Source of the DNA: Chthoniobacterales bacterium
GTDB lineage: Bacteria; Verrucomicrobiota; Verrucomicrobiia; Chthoniobacterales; Chthoniobacteraceae
Reading direction: 5' to 3'
Assembly (NCBI GenBank): GCA_038207335.1
Contig: JBBQZX010000033.1
Location: 1 to 55,369 of the forward strand
Length of the DNA stretch: 55,369 nucleotides
This document shows, one piece after another, positions 10,365-20,205 of the stretch (position 1 is the first letter of the stretch; every line of letters starts with the position of its first letter). The notes under the pieces were generated by a model. That model did not search any database, was not told where the DNA came from, and worked only from the letters and a program-made list of their open reading frames with translations. The position numbers and the translations under genes were made by a program.

Positions 10365-11121
10365 CGGGATTGATGAGCATGTAGCCGACAGCGCGCACCG
10401 TGCGGATGAAATGCGGGTTCTTCGGATCGTCGCCGAGCTTCTTGCGGATCGCCCAAATGTGGACATCGATCGAGCGGTCGAGCCCGTCGTAATTGCGATC
10501 GGCGAGCGTTTCGATGAGTTGCTCGCGCGACTTCACGCGACCCCGCGCGCGAGCCAGGGACGCGAGCAAATCGAACTCGAGCGCGGTCAGCGTGAGCGGC
10601 TCTTCGCCGAGCAGCGCGACCCGCGAGCCGGGGTTGATCCGCAGCAGTCCGACCACGATCTCGGCTTCAGTGCGATCCTCTCCCGGAGCCGCCGGGCGGG
10701 CCGTCCGACGCGTGACGGCGCGCAGCCGCGCGAGCAATTCGCGGCTCGAAAAGGTCTTCGGAAGATAGTCGTCGGCGCCCATTTCGAGGCCGACGATCCG
10801 GTCGGTATCCTCGCCCCGCGAAGTGAGCATGAGGATCGGCACGTCGGATTTCGCGCGCACGCGTTTCATTACTTCGAAGCCGTCCATGCCGGGCATGTTC
10901 ACGTCGAGAATGATGGCGTGAAACTTCTCCGCGAGCGCTCGGTCGGAGCCGGCATGACCACTGTGCTCGGCGAGCACTTCGTAGCCGAGAGGGTCGAGGT
11001 AGGCTTTGATCAGCGCACAAAGTTCGCGGTCGTCGTCGATCACGAGCACCCGCGTGGAGGCCGCGGAATTCGAGCGGGAACTGGCAGTAGAGGAGGGAGG
11101 CATCACAAGTCTCGGATGCAT
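10354..11121 (-). CDS. OmpR-family response regulator (CpxR-like)
   Basis: [22 protein letters not shown], winged helix DRSIDVHI...IRTVRAVGY. Start may be 11103. Confidence 0.94.
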   Translation of the reverse strand: MHPRLVMPPSSTASSRSNSAASTRVLVIDDDRELCALIKAYLDPLGYEVLAEHSGHAGSDRALAEKFHAIILDVNMPGMDGFEVMKRVRAKSDVPILMLTSRGEDTDRIVGLEMGADDYLPKTFSSRELLARLRAVTRRTARPAAPGEDRTEAEIVVGLLRINPGSRVALLGEEPLTLTALEFDLLASLARARGRVKSREQLIETLADRNYDGLDRSIDVHIWAIRKKLGDDPKNPHFIRTVRAVGYMLINPDDV

Positions 11122-11155
11122 CTATTTAGCCGCAGGGACAGCGAGAAGCGGCAAA

Positions 11156-11208
11156 CTTAACTGACTCTTAACAATTCTCCGTGCCGCTCCAAACGCGGGC
11201 TTAACAAT
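11156..11208. promoter_or_regulatory. Phased CTTAAC direct repeats; candidate binding sites of the OmpR-family regulator
   Basis: CTTAAC at 11156, 11167 and 11200 (offsets 11 and 33 bp); the last two extend to CTTAACAAT. They lie in the divergent intergenic region. Confidence 0.55.
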
Positions 11209-11319
11209 CAGGGTGTTCATTCTCTCGAAATCCCGCCGTCCCGAATGTCCGACTCCCAGAATCGCACGTCCGGCGCGGCATCACCAAAAACGCAGACACC
11301 ACATCTAAAAACCCAGACC

Positions 11320-11898
11320 ATGAAATCGAAACCGACCATCCTTCTGACGGCGCTCGCGCTGGCAGCCACCACCATTCTTGCCACCGCGCAGGACACTCCG
11401 AAACCCGGCGCAACCGACCCAGGTGCCCGACGCCAGCGCGGCCAGGGCGGGCCCGGCGGCAACATGGAGGACTTCATCAAGCGCATGAACGAGCGCATGA
11501 AGACTTCGCTGAAAGTCACCGACGAAGAGTGGAGCGTGCTCCAGCCGCTCATTGAAAAAGTGCAGACCTCGCAGCGTGAAGCTGGCGCAGGACGCGGCGG
11601 CTTCGGCGGCTTCGGTGGATTCGGCGGCCGTGGCGGCACGGGCGGACAAGGCGGCAACAACAATGGCGGCGCGACTCCGCCCGCGGACACGCGCCCCGGC
11701 GCAGCGGAAGGCACGGCCTTGCGCACGGCGCTCGAGAGCGACAGCACTTCGCCGGAAGAGATCAAAGCGAAGCTCGCCGCTGTCCGCGAGATTCGGAAAA
11801 AAGGCGCTGCTGAGCTCGCCGTCGCGCGTGAGAATCTGAAGAAAGTCGTGACCGTGCGTCAGGAAGCCGTGCTCGTCTCGATGGGCCTGCTCGAATAA
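11320..11898 (+). CDS. Secreted Gly-rich helical protein, possibly Spy/CpxP-like
   Basis: Signal peptide MKSKPTILLTALALAATTILATA. Motifs LKVTDEEW and VVTVRQEA loosely resemble LTXXQ. First gene of the T2SS operon. Confidence 0.6.
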   Translation: MKSKPTILLTALALAATTILATAQDTPKPGATDPGARRQRGQGGPGGNMEDFIKRMNERMKTSLKVTDEEWSVLQPLIEKVQTSQREAGAGRGGFGGFGGFGGRGGTGGQGGNNNGGATPPADTRPGAAEGTALRTALESDSTSPEEIKAKLAAVREIRKKGAAELAVARENLKKVVTVRQEAVLVSMGLLE

Positions 11899-11909
11899 CC
11901 CGCCCGCGC

Positions 11910-13613
11910 GTGACCGGCAGCCCCCTCGCCACAACTTCCGAACCACGCCAGGACCTCCTTGCGTCCATGGTGGAGCGCCAACAGCTCTCCTCCATGGACG
12001 CCGAGGTGCTGGGGGGCAGCGCGGTGCTGGCGGAGACGGAGGAAGAAGTGCTGCAGTGGCTCGCCGAGGAATACGGACTCGGCTACACGCCGCTCGATAA
12101 AATCGAGCCCGACCGCGCTCTGCTCGCGCGCTTTCCCGCGCGCGTGTTGCTGCGCGAAGAGCTTCTGCCGCTGAGTGAAAAAGATGGCGTGATCGAGGTG
12201 GCGGTGAGCCGCCTTTTCGCGACGCCGGGGCTCGATAGCTTGCGGTCGATCACGAATCTCAAACTCGCGCCGATCCTCGCACCCAGCGAGGCGCTCCAGC
12301 GCGAAATCAAGAAGCATCTCGGCGTCGGCGCCGACACGCTCAACCTCCTCGAGCAGGAGGATTTTTTCCAAGTCGTCTCGGATGATCTCGAAGATTCCTC
12401 CGACCTCGACAAGGCCGCGGAAGACGCGTCGATCATCCGCTTCGTCAACCAGGTGCTCGGCGACGCGCTGTCGCTGCGCGCGTCCGACATTCACGTCGAA
12501 CCGTTCGAGCACGAGCTGCGGATTCGCTACCGCATCGACGGACTTTTGCAGGAAGTGCCGGTGCCTGCGCAGATCAAGCGCTTTCAGCCGGCGATCGTTT
12601 CGCGCATCAAAATTCTCAGCAACCTGAACATCGCCGAGAAGCGCGTGCCGCAGGATGGGCGCATCAAAATTCGCGTGAAGGCGAGCGATGTGGACATCCG
12701 CGTTTCGATCATTCCGATGCTGCACGGCGAAGCGGTCGTGATGCGTTTGCTGCGGCAAAACTCCGGGATGATCGGGCTCGACGGCATCGGAATGGCGGCG
12801 CGTGAGCGCGAGCTTTTCGACCGAGTGCTTGGGATGCCGCACGGCATCGCGCTCGTGACGGGACCGACCGGCAGCGGCAAAACGACGACGCTTTATTCCG
12901 CGCTGCACCAGATCAACGACGAAGTGCGGAAGATCATCACCATCGAGGATCCAGTCGAATATCAGCTCAAGGGGATCAACCAAATTCAGGTCAACGAAAA
13001 GGCGGGGCTGACCTTTTCGCGAGGTCTGCGGGCAATCCTGCGACACGACCCGGACGTCGTGTTGATCGGAGAAATTCGCGATCAGGAAACCGCGCAAATC
13101 GCCGTGCAGGCATCGCTCACGGGCCACATGGTTTTCTCCACGCTGCACACGAATGACGCGCCCGGCGCGCTCACGCGGCTCGTGGACATGGGTGTCGAGC
13201 CGTATCTCGTCGCGTCGTCGCTCGAGGCGGTTGTCGCCCAGCGGCTTGTGCGCGTGCTCTGCGAGGATTGCAAAGCAGACGACACATCCGCTCGAACGAC
13301 GGCGTTGCGCGAGCGCGTCGAGACGTTGCGCGGGGCAAAGATTTTCCGCGCCGTCGGTTGCAAGAACTGCCGGATGACGGGCTTCACAGGACGCCGCGCG
13401 GTCTTCGAACTGATGACGATGAGTGCGCCGATTCGCACCATTTTGCTGCGCGGCGGATCGAGCATCGAAATCAAAGACGCCGCGAAACGCGAGGGGATGA
13501 AAACCCTGATTGAAGACGGCTGGCGGCTCGTCTGCGACGGCGTGACGACGCCGACAGAAGTGCTGCGCGTTTCCAAAGATGAAGGCACCGACGGCTTCGC
13601 CGTGAGCGCATAA
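11910..13613 (+). CDS. gspE: Type II secretion ATPase GspE/PulE
   Basis: RASDIHVEP, PQDGRI, Walker A GPTGSGKTTT, TIEDPVE, LRHDPDVVLIGEIRD, STLHTND, two CxxC motifs. Confidence 0.95.
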   Translation: MTGSPLATTSEPRQDLLASMVERQQLSSMDAEVLGGSAVLAETEEEVLQWLAEEYGLGYTPLDKIEPDRALLARFPARVLLREELLPLSEKDGVIEVAVSRLFATPGLDSLRSITNLKLAPILAPSEALQREIKKHLGVGADTLNLLEQEDFFQVVSDDLEDSSDLDKAAEDASIIRFVNQVLGDALSLRASDIHVEPFEHELRIRYRIDGLLQEVPVPAQIKRFQPAIVSRIKILSNLNIAEKRVPQDGRIKIRVKASDVDIRVSIIPMLHGEAVVMRLLRQNSGMIGLDGIGMAARERELFDRVLGMPHGIALVTGPTGSGKTTTLYSALHQINDEVRKIITIEDPVEYQLKGINQIQVNEKAGLTFSRGLRAILRHDPDVVLIGEIRDQETAQIAVQASLTGHMVFSTLHTNDAPGALTRLVDMGVEPYLVASSLEAVVAQRLVRVLCEDCKADDTSARTTALRERVETLRGAKIFRAVGCKNCRMTGFTGRRAVFELMTMSAPIRTILLRGGSSIEIKDAAKREGMKTLIEDGWRLVCDGVTTPTEVLRVSKDEGTDGFAVSA

Positions 13614-13617
13614 AGCC

Positions 13618-14874
13618 ATGCCCGTCTTCGCTTACAAAGCCATGCAGGCCAATGGTTCCGCGACCGAGGGGAGCATCGAGGCCGGTGGGCGGCAGGATGC
13701 GGTCCGGACGCTCGAACAGCGCGGGCTCACGCCGATTCGACTGACGGAAACATCAGCGATTTCGTCGAATGGAGCGCGCGCCGCCAAGTCGCCAGCAACG
13801 GCAACGGCAAGTGGGAAGTTCGCGTGGAAATCGACGCGCGTGACGTTCGATGCACTCGAGGATTTCACGCGCTCGCTCTCGAGTTTGCTCGCGGCGAATG
13901 TGCCGCTCAGCCGCGCGCTGACTATTCTCTTCAAAGAATCCTCGAACCCCGCGGCGTCCGCGAAATGGCGCGAGCTGCACGATTTCGTGATCGACGGCGT
14001 GCCGCTCGCCGAGGCGATGAATCGCTCGCCGGAAGTCTTCCCGCGCGTCTATGTCGCGATGGTTGAGGCGGGCGAGGCCGGCGGCTTTCTCGACGTTGTG
14101 CTCGGACAAATCGCGGACTTCCAGGCGAGGGAGAAAGAGATGCGCGCGAAGGTCGTCTCCGCGATGATGTATCCTGCCGTGCTGCTCTGCCTCGCGACCG
14201 CGGTGCTGATCTTTTTGATGGTCTTTTTCATCCCGCGTTTTCAGACGCTTTTCGCGGGCTTCGACGCCGCGCTGCCGATGCTCACGCAAGTTATCGTCGG
14301 CATCAGCGACGCGATGCGGAACTACGGTTTTTACATGCTCGCGGCCGTGATCGCGGCGGTTTGGTTTGGGCGGAAGTGGTTCAAAAAAGAGAGCAGCCGG
14401 CGGCTGTGGGAATCGTGGATGTTGCGCATGCCGGTCATCGGTCCGCTGGCCGCGAAGATCGCGATGGCGCGCTTTTGCCGGATGCTCGGCACGCTGCTCG
14501 GCGCAGGCGTTTCACTCATCAACGCGCTCTCCGTTTCCCGCCGCTCGCTCGGCTACCAGACGCTCGTCGATCTCGTCACCGACTCGACGGAGCGCGTGAA
14601 AAAAGGCGAAGCGCTCGGCGCGAGTCTCGCCGATTGCCGCGCGCTTTTCGGCGGCTCGACGCTCGAAATGATCGCCGTCGCGGAAGAGAGCGGACGCTTG
14701 GATCAAGAGCTGGTGCGGCTTGCTGGAGCGACGGAGATCACTCTCGATCGCCAGCTCAAAACCGCAGTCGCGCTCGCCGAGCCGCTCATGCTTTTCGCCA
14801 TTGCCGGCCTCATTGGCACAATTTTCATCGGCATGGTCATCCCGATTTTCACCATCCAAGACTACATCAAATGA
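13618..14874 (+). CDS. gspF: Type II secretion inner-membrane platform protein GspF
   Basis: AGEAGGFLD, AMMYPAV, VAEESGRLD, AEPLML duplicated T2SSF motifs. Confidence 0.95.
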   Translation: MPVFAYKAMQANGSATEGSIEAGGRQDAVRTLEQRGLTPIRLTETSAISSNGARAAKSPATATASGKFAWKSTRVTFDALEDFTRSLSSLLAANVPLSRALTILFKESSNPAASAKWRELHDFVIDGVPLAEAMNRSPEVFPRVYVAMVEAGEAGGFLDVVLGQIADFQAREKEMRAKVVSAMMYPAVLLCLATAVLIFLMVFFIPRFQTLFAGFDAALPMLTQVIVGISDAMRNYGFYMLAAVIAAVWFGRKWFKKESSRRLWESWMLRMPVIGPLAAKIAMARFCRMLGTLLGAGVSLINALSVSRRSLGYQTLVDLVTDSTERVKKGEALGASLADCRALFGGSTLEMIAVAEESGRLDQELVRLAGATEITLDRQLKTAVALAEPLMLFAIAGLIGTIFIGMVIPIFTIQDYIK

Positions 14875-15323
14875 ACCCACAAATGCTCCATCTCCGACGC
14901 CCCAATCTGCGTAGTTCCCGCGCTTTCACCCTCGTGGAAATGCTGCTCGTACTCGTCATCCTCGCGGTGCTCGCCGCGATCGTGATTCCGAAGTTCGCGG
15001 GTCGCAGCCAGCAGGCGAAAATCACCGCAGCCGGCTCGCAAATCTCGGGATTCGAGCTCGCGCTGAATTCCTTTGAAGTGGACAACGGTTTTTACCCGCC
15101 GGGCAGCGCGGGGCTGAATGAATTGATCGAGCAGCCGAACAATCTGCCGAGCTGGAAAGGGCCGTATCTCAGCAAAGGCGTCCCGCTCGACCCGTGGGGG
15201 AATGCCTACCTTTACAGCTACCCGGGCAAGGGGAATCCGAAGGGTTTCGACATTCAATCGATGGGCCCGGACGGGCAGGCCGGCACCGATGACGACATCG
15301 TGAATTGGGATGTCAAAAAGTGA
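14871..15323 (+). CDS. gspG: Major pseudopilin GspG
   Basis: Prepilin site RA|FTLVEMLLV, FEVDNGFYP, WKGPYL, DPWGNAY, SMGPDG. ATGA overlap with gspF. Confidence 0.95.
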   Translation: MNPQMLHLRRPNLRSSRAFTLVEMLLVLVILAVLAAIVIPKFAGRSQQAKITAAGSQISGFELALNSFEVDNGFYPPGSAGLNELIEQPNNLPSWKGPYLSKGVPLDPWGNAYLYSYPGKGNPKGFDIQSMGPDGQAGTDDDIVNWDVKK

Positions 15324-15810
15324 TTCAACGCAGCTCGCGCCGGGCTTCACGCTCGTCGAACTCGTCGTCGTGATGGCGCTGCTGGCGATCGTCGCAGCAC
15401 TCTCCGCGCCTGCGATGTCGCGGTCGATTCGCGCGCGTAATCTCAATGGCGAAGCCGCGCGCTTCGTCGCCGCGACGGAATACGCACGCGACGAGGCGGT
15501 GTCGCAGGGCCTGCCGATGACCGTCTGGATCGATCCCGCGACCCAGCATTTCGGCATCGCGCCGCGCGCTGGTTACGAAGGCGTCGAGTCGCGCGACCGC
15601 GAGTTTGCGGTGAACACGGATATTCATTTCGAACTGGAGAGCGCAACCGCGGGCGGCGAGCTCGTGCAGGCGGTGGAATTCTCGCCGGACGGAACTCCGA
15701 CGACGACGAGTCTCGAATCACTGCGGGTCGTCGATCGGTTTGAAAACGAGGTCACGGTCGCGCGGACGAAGGACGGGTGGAGTTACGAAGTCGCGAAAGA
15801 TGAGCGATGA
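15310..15810 (+). CDS. gspH: Minor pseudopilin GspH/FimT-like
   Basis: G|FTLVELVVVM prepilin motif, YARDEAV, FSPDG; position in operon. Confidence 0.8.
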   Translation: MSKSDSTQLAPGFTLVELVVVMALLAIVAALSAPAMSRSIRARNLNGEAARFVAATEYARDEAVSQGLPMTVWIDPATQHFGIAPRAGYEGVESRDREFAVNTDIHFELESATAGGELVQAVEFSPDGTPTTTSLESLRVVDRFENEVTVARTKDGWSYEVAKDER

Positions 15811-16196
15811 ATCGGCGCGCTGCTTTCACATTTGTCGAGACGCTCGCGGCGATGGCGTTTCTAGGAATTCTGCTCCCCGTGCTCGTCTCGGCGCTGCACG
15901 TTTCGAGCGGCGTCGGTTCCGTGGCGGAGCGTTCGACGGTGGCGATGCAGCTCGGGGAAAATCGGCTGAACGAAATGACGCTCGGCGACGCGTGGAGTTC
16001 GGCGGAAAGCAAGGGGGACTTCGGCACGGACTGGCCCGGCTACCGCTGGGAGTTGCGGCAAACCGACTGGGAAACCGGCTCGATGACGGAACTCGAGATG
16101 GACGTTTTTTTCACCGTCCAAGGCCACGAAGACGAGGTGCGCATGAGCACGCTGGTGAGCCAATCACTCACGCAAGCGCAGACGCAAAGCCAATGA
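15807..16196 (+). CDS. gspI: Minor pseudopilin GspI-like
   Basis: A|FTFVETLAAM prepilin motif, 129 aa, GYRWE; position in operon. Confidence 0.78.
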   Translation: MNRRAAFTFVETLAAMAFLGILLPVLVSALHVSSGVGSVAERSTVAMQLGENRLNEMTLGDAWSSAESKGDFGTDWPGYRWELRQTDWETGSMTELEMDVFFTVQGHEDEVRMSTLVSQSLTQAQTQSQ

Positions 16197-16897
16197 AACG
16201 TCGCGCGTTCACCCTCATCGAACTCGTGCTCGCGATGGCAGCGTGCGCGATTCTGCTCTCGGCGATTTACAGCTTTTTCGGGAACGCGGTGCATCTGCGC
16301 AACAACCTGATGAGCCGTACGCGCGAGGCACGTTTGCGCGCGCGGGCGGCGAGCGTGATTCGCAACGATCTGCGCAACGCCATCGTCTCCGGCGGCAGGA
16401 TCGCCGCGACGCTGGAGGGTTCGCAGCAGAGCCCCGGCGGAAGCTTTCCCGGCTATTTGAAATTCGATACGACCACGGCAACCGACGCCGACGACGTGCC
16501 GAATCCGGACGTGCAGCAGGTCGAATATTATATCGTAACCGACCCGGATACGAAGGATCAGAAGGCCGGTCTTTTTGTCCGCGCCGCCACCCGTAATTTG
16601 CTCGCGACAACGACGGAGGCACCCACAGAAGAGCCTTTGCTGGCGGGCATCGAATCGATGGACGTCTCATTTTACGACGGCAGCGACTGGCAGAATTCGT
16701 GGACGTTTTCGACAGAAGAAACGACGCTGCCGGAAGCGGTGCGCGTGCGGCTCCAACCAGCGCGAACAGCGACTGATGATTTCGTGCCGCCGCCGATCGA
16801 AGTGCTCGTGCCGTGGCCGACGGAAATGGCCACGCCGCCGGTTTCAACGACCGGTACCACAGCCTCTGGATCATCTGGAACGGGAGGGACGCCGTGA
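16193..16897 (+). CDS. gspJ: Minor pseudopilin GspJ-like
   Basis: MKRRA|FTLIELVL, IRNDLRNA, FYDGSDWQNSW, LPEAVRV. ATGA overlap. Confidence 0.82.
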   Translation: MKRRAFTLIELVLAMAACAILLSAIYSFFGNAVHLRNNLMSRTREARLRARAASVIRNDLRNAIVSGGRIAATLEGSQQSPGGSFPGYLKFDTTTATDADDVPNPDVQQVEYYIVTDPDTKDQKAGLFVRAATRNLLATTTEAPTEEPLLAGIESMDVSFYDGSDWQNSWTFSTEETTLPEAVRVRLQPARTATDDFVPPPIEVLVPWPTEMATPPVSTTGTTASGSSGTGGTP

Positions 16898-18258
16898 GCC
16901 GACATTTTCGACAACCCGAACGCGGTTCGGTGCTCATCGTGGTGCTCTGGGCTTGCGTCGGACTGGTGAGTGTTTCGCTGCTGCTTGGACATTCGATGAT
17001 GATGGCGGCGCGCGGCGCGGACAACGATCTCGCGGGTCGTCAGGCGGATCAGGCGATTGACGGCGCGGTGCGTTACGCAGAGTCGCTGCTCGTCAATCCC
17101 ACGACACCCGGCGTGATCCCGGAGGCGACGAGTTATCAAGGCGAAGCGGTGCCAGTCGGCGAGGCGCAGTTTTGGCTATTCGGGACACCTGCGGACACGA
17201 CCGCCGGCACGACGGGTGAATACGGGCTCGTCGATGAAGCCTCGAAGTTGAACCTCAACTCGGCGACCCCCGCCATGCTCTCGAATCTGACGTCGGTGTC
17301 CGGCATGACGGCGGATTTCGCAGCGGCGATCAAGGATTGGCGCGACACGGATGACACCGAGACGTCGGGCGGCGCGGAGTCTTCGACCTACGCGCAGAAG
17401 TCGCCGGCGTACGCCGCGAAGAACGCGGACTTCGAATCGATCGAAGAACTGGCGCTGGTTAGCGGTGCGTCGCGCGAACTGCTTTACGGCGAAGATGCGA
17501 ACCTCAACGGCGCGCTTGATCCCAATGAAGATGACGGTGAGAAAAACTTACCGTCCGACAACGCGGATGGAAAACTCGACGCAGGTTTGCTGGCGTACGT
17601 CACGGTCTTCAGCAAGGAACCGAAGAAGCTGACCGATGGCACCGCTCGGGTTGACCTCACGCCTCCGGGGCCGAACCAGACGCTCATTCAACTCCTCACC
17701 GACAAACTCGATGCGAGCCGTTTGGCGGCGATTCTGGCCGCGATCGGACCGGCGGGTGGTCTGAGCCCGCTGCAGCTTTACGCGAACAGTGGAATGACTG
17801 CGGAGGAGTTTGGAAAGATCGTCGATTCGGTGATGGCGGATACCGTTCCACCGACTACGGGCGATTATCTGATCGGGAAAATCAACGTGAACACGGCCAG
17901 CGCGACGGTGCTCGCTTGCCTGCCGGGGATGGATGCGAGCAAGGCTCAGCAGCTCGTGAGCGCTCGGCAGAGCCGAGCCACGGTGGACACGAACATTGCG
18001 TGGGTCGCCGACGCGCTGGGCAAGACCAGCCCGTTGCTCGCGCAGATCGGCCCGCTCATCACCGGCCAAACTTTTCAGGTTAGCGCGGACGTGGCAGCGG
18101 TCGGGCGACATGGACGCGGATATCGGCGGACGAAGGTCGTCATCGACACGAGCACGGGCTCGCCGCGCGTTATTTACCGGCGGAATCTCGCGCCACTCGG
18201 TTGGGCGCTCGGCAGTCAGGTCCGGCAGGATTTGGCGCAACAAAAAGCGACGAAATGA
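16894..18258 (+). CDS. gspK: Minor pseudopilin GspK
   Basis: RG|SVLIVVLW, DEASKLNLN, AIKDWRD, FESIEEL, KINVNTA helix-hairpin-helix. GTGA overlap. Confidence 0.88.
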   Translation: MSRHFRQPERGSVLIVVLWACVGLVSVSLLLGHSMMMAARGADNDLAGRQADQAIDGAVRYAESLLVNPTTPGVIPEATSYQGEAVPVGEAQFWLFGTPADTTAGTTGEYGLVDEASKLNLNSATPAMLSNLTSVSGMTADFAAAIKDWRDTDDTETSGGAESSTYAQKSPAYAAKNADFESIEELALVSGASRELLYGEDANLNGALDPNEDDGEKNLPSDNADGKLDAGLLAYVTVFSKEPKKLTDGTARVDLTPPGPNQTLIQLLTDKLDASRLAAILAAIGPAGGLSPLQLYANSGMTAEEFGKIVDSVMADTVPPTTGDYLIGKINVNTASATVLACLPGMDASKAQQLVSARQSRATVDTNIAWVADALGKTSPLLAQIGPLITGQTFQVSADVAAVGRHGRGYRRTKVVIDTSTGSPRVIYRRNLAPLGWALGSQVRQDLAQQKATK

Positions 18259-19670
18259 AGTTCGACCTCGCTGAATTACAGAAGCGTTTGCAAGTCCGCG
18301 CCGTGCTCGCGGTGACGTTGGAATCCGGGCGGATGGTCGTCGAGTATGTGCGCCAGGACGACAGCGTGAGCCAAAGCGCACGCTCGATCGTTCTGCCCCT
18401 CGGCGCGGACGCGGTCCTCGCCGATCCGGAACGTGCGGGCCAGCGATTAGCCGCTGAGCTAGCAACTGCGGGCCTTCGCGAGCGACGGTGCGTGGTCTGC
18501 CTCCCGGCGGGGTGGGCCATGGCCACCTCCACGGACGTGCCCGGAGTGACGGCAGAAGACCTGCGCGGATTTTTGGAACTGCGTGCCGAACGCGAATTTC
18601 CGATGCCCGTTTCTGACCTGCGGCTGGCGCATTGCGAGTTCGTTTTGCCGGATGGAAAAGAGCGCGCGACGCTCGCCGCGGTGCCGGCGAAAAGAGTCGA
18701 AGCGATCGAGCGAATGCTGGCCACGGCGGAGTGCCGCGCGGTCTCGCTTTCACTCGGTCTGGACACTTGCCTGCCGATCGGCGGCGCGCCTGCGGCACTG
18801 CATTTTCTCGCGAATGGCAATCACGTCGATGTGGTGATTGCCGCCGGCGGCGGCATCGCGGCGGTGCGCACTTTGCCGACTTCGGTGAATGCGGAAACCA
18901 CCGCTTTCGAAGCCACGCTTTTTTCCCGTGAAGTCCGCATCACGCTCGGCCGTTTGCCCGAGGCGCTGCGACAGCAGGTGCGCGAGGCGCGGTTCGGCGG
19001 CGCGCCTAATTCGGCGCAAAACCTCTGCCAGGAAATGCGGCCGCATTTGACGCGGATGGGCATCGAGAGCCGGCTGGAAAACAAGGCTGGCACTGATCCC
19101 GCGGCCCACCCGGCTTCCGCGCACGCTGCCGCGACGCGCTACCTGCGGCAGCTCCCGGTGACGTTCGAATTTCTGCCGCCGCAGGTGAATCGCTGGCAGG
19201 CGATGGCGCGGCAATTAGAGGATCGCCGGCGGCGATGGGCCGCCATCGCTGTGCTGGCGATTCTGATGCTGCCGATCCTCACGTATTTCGTGCGCGCGCA
19301 CATGGAGAGCAGCCTGAATTCGGAGTGGAGCGGGATGCAGGGGAAGGTGAATCAGCTCGATAAATTGCAGCAGCGCATCCGGCAATTCCGCGCGTGGTTC
19401 GACCCGGCACCGCAGAGCGTGCAGGCGCTGGAAACGCTCGATTCGTCGTTCCCGGAGCAAGGCGATGTTTGGGCGAAAAGCGTGCAGATCAACGACGGCG
19501 CGAAGGTCGTCTGCACCGGATTTGCGCGCAGCCACACGGCGCTGCTTGGCTTCCTCGACAGCCTCCGCAAGCACCCGGAAATCTCCGCCGTCCAGCTCCA
19601 GCAGGAGCGCGGCGAGAAGCCGGTGCAGTTTTCCATCATCTACAAATGGGGGGCGAACGATGTCCGCTAA
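18255..19670 (+). CDS. GspL-like / PilM-PilN-like assembly platform protein
   Basis: Large N-terminal cytoplasmic region, one TM (WAAIAVLAILMLPILTYFV), coiled coil, PilN-like C-terminus (VWAKSV..CTGFA); synteny. Confidence 0.7.
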   Translation: MKFDLAELQKRLQVRAVLAVTLESGRMVVEYVRQDDSVSQSARSIVLPLGADAVLADPERAGQRLAAELATAGLRERRCVVCLPAGWAMATSTDVPGVTAEDLRGFLELRAEREFPMPVSDLRLAHCEFVLPDGKERATLAAVPAKRVEAIERMLATAECRAVSLSLGLDTCLPIGGAPAALHFLANGNHVDVVIAAGGGIAAVRTLPTSVNAETTAFEATLFSREVRITLGRLPEALRQQVREARFGGAPNSAQNLCQEMRPHLTRMGIESRLENKAGTDPAAHPASAHAAATRYLRQLPVTFEFLPPQVNRWQAMARQLEDRRRRWAAIAVLAILMLPILTYFVRAHMESSLNSEWSGMQGKVNQLDKLQQRIRQFRAWFDPAPQSVQALETLDSSFPEQGDVWAKSVQINDGAKVVCTGFARSHTALLGFLDSLRKHPEISAVQLQQERGEKPVQFSIIYKWGANDVR

Positions 19671-20205
19671 ACGGCGCGAAACCCTGCTGAAAATCGGCGT
19701 CGGCTTGATCGTCGCGCTTTTTCTCCTCGACCGCATGGTGCTATCGCCGGCGATCGCAGGCTGGAAGGCGCAGAGCGTCCGGCTCGCCGCGCTTGAGCAG
19801 AAAGTGAAGAACGGGCGGCAGCTTTTGCTACGCGAGAAATCGCTGAGCGCGCGGTGGGACGAGATGCAGCGGGCGAACCTCGCGGAGGATCGATCGTCCG
19901 CGGAGAACGATGTCTATAAAGCCTTGGCGCGCTGGAATTCCGAGAGCCACGTCAGCTTCACGAGCCTCACGCCGACTTGGCGCGATCATCTCGATGAGGG
20001 TTACTCGACGTTCGAGTGCCGCGCGACGGCGGCGGGCGATCAGGCGTCGCTGGCACATCTCGTTTACGAAGTCGAAACTGATCCGTTGCCGGCGCGAATC
20101 GAGGAGTGCGAATTGACCGCGCACGATGCGAAAGGCGCGCAACTCGGACTCGCGTTGAAGTTCAGTTTCGTGCGGATTCTGGAAACAGGGAAGAACGCGC
20201 GATGA
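19660..20205 (+). CDS. GspM/PilO-like protein
   Basis: MSAKRRE followed by an N-terminal TM and coiled coil; follows the GspL-like gene. Confidence 0.65.
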   Translation: MSAKRRETLLKIGVGLIVALFLLDRMVLSPAIAGWKAQSVRLAALEQKVKNGRQLLLREKSLSARWDEMQRANLAEDRSSAENDVYKALARWNSESHVSFTSLTPTWRDHLDEGYSTFECRATAAGDQASLAHLVYEVETDPLPARIEECELTAHDAKGAQLGLALKFSFVRILETGKNAR

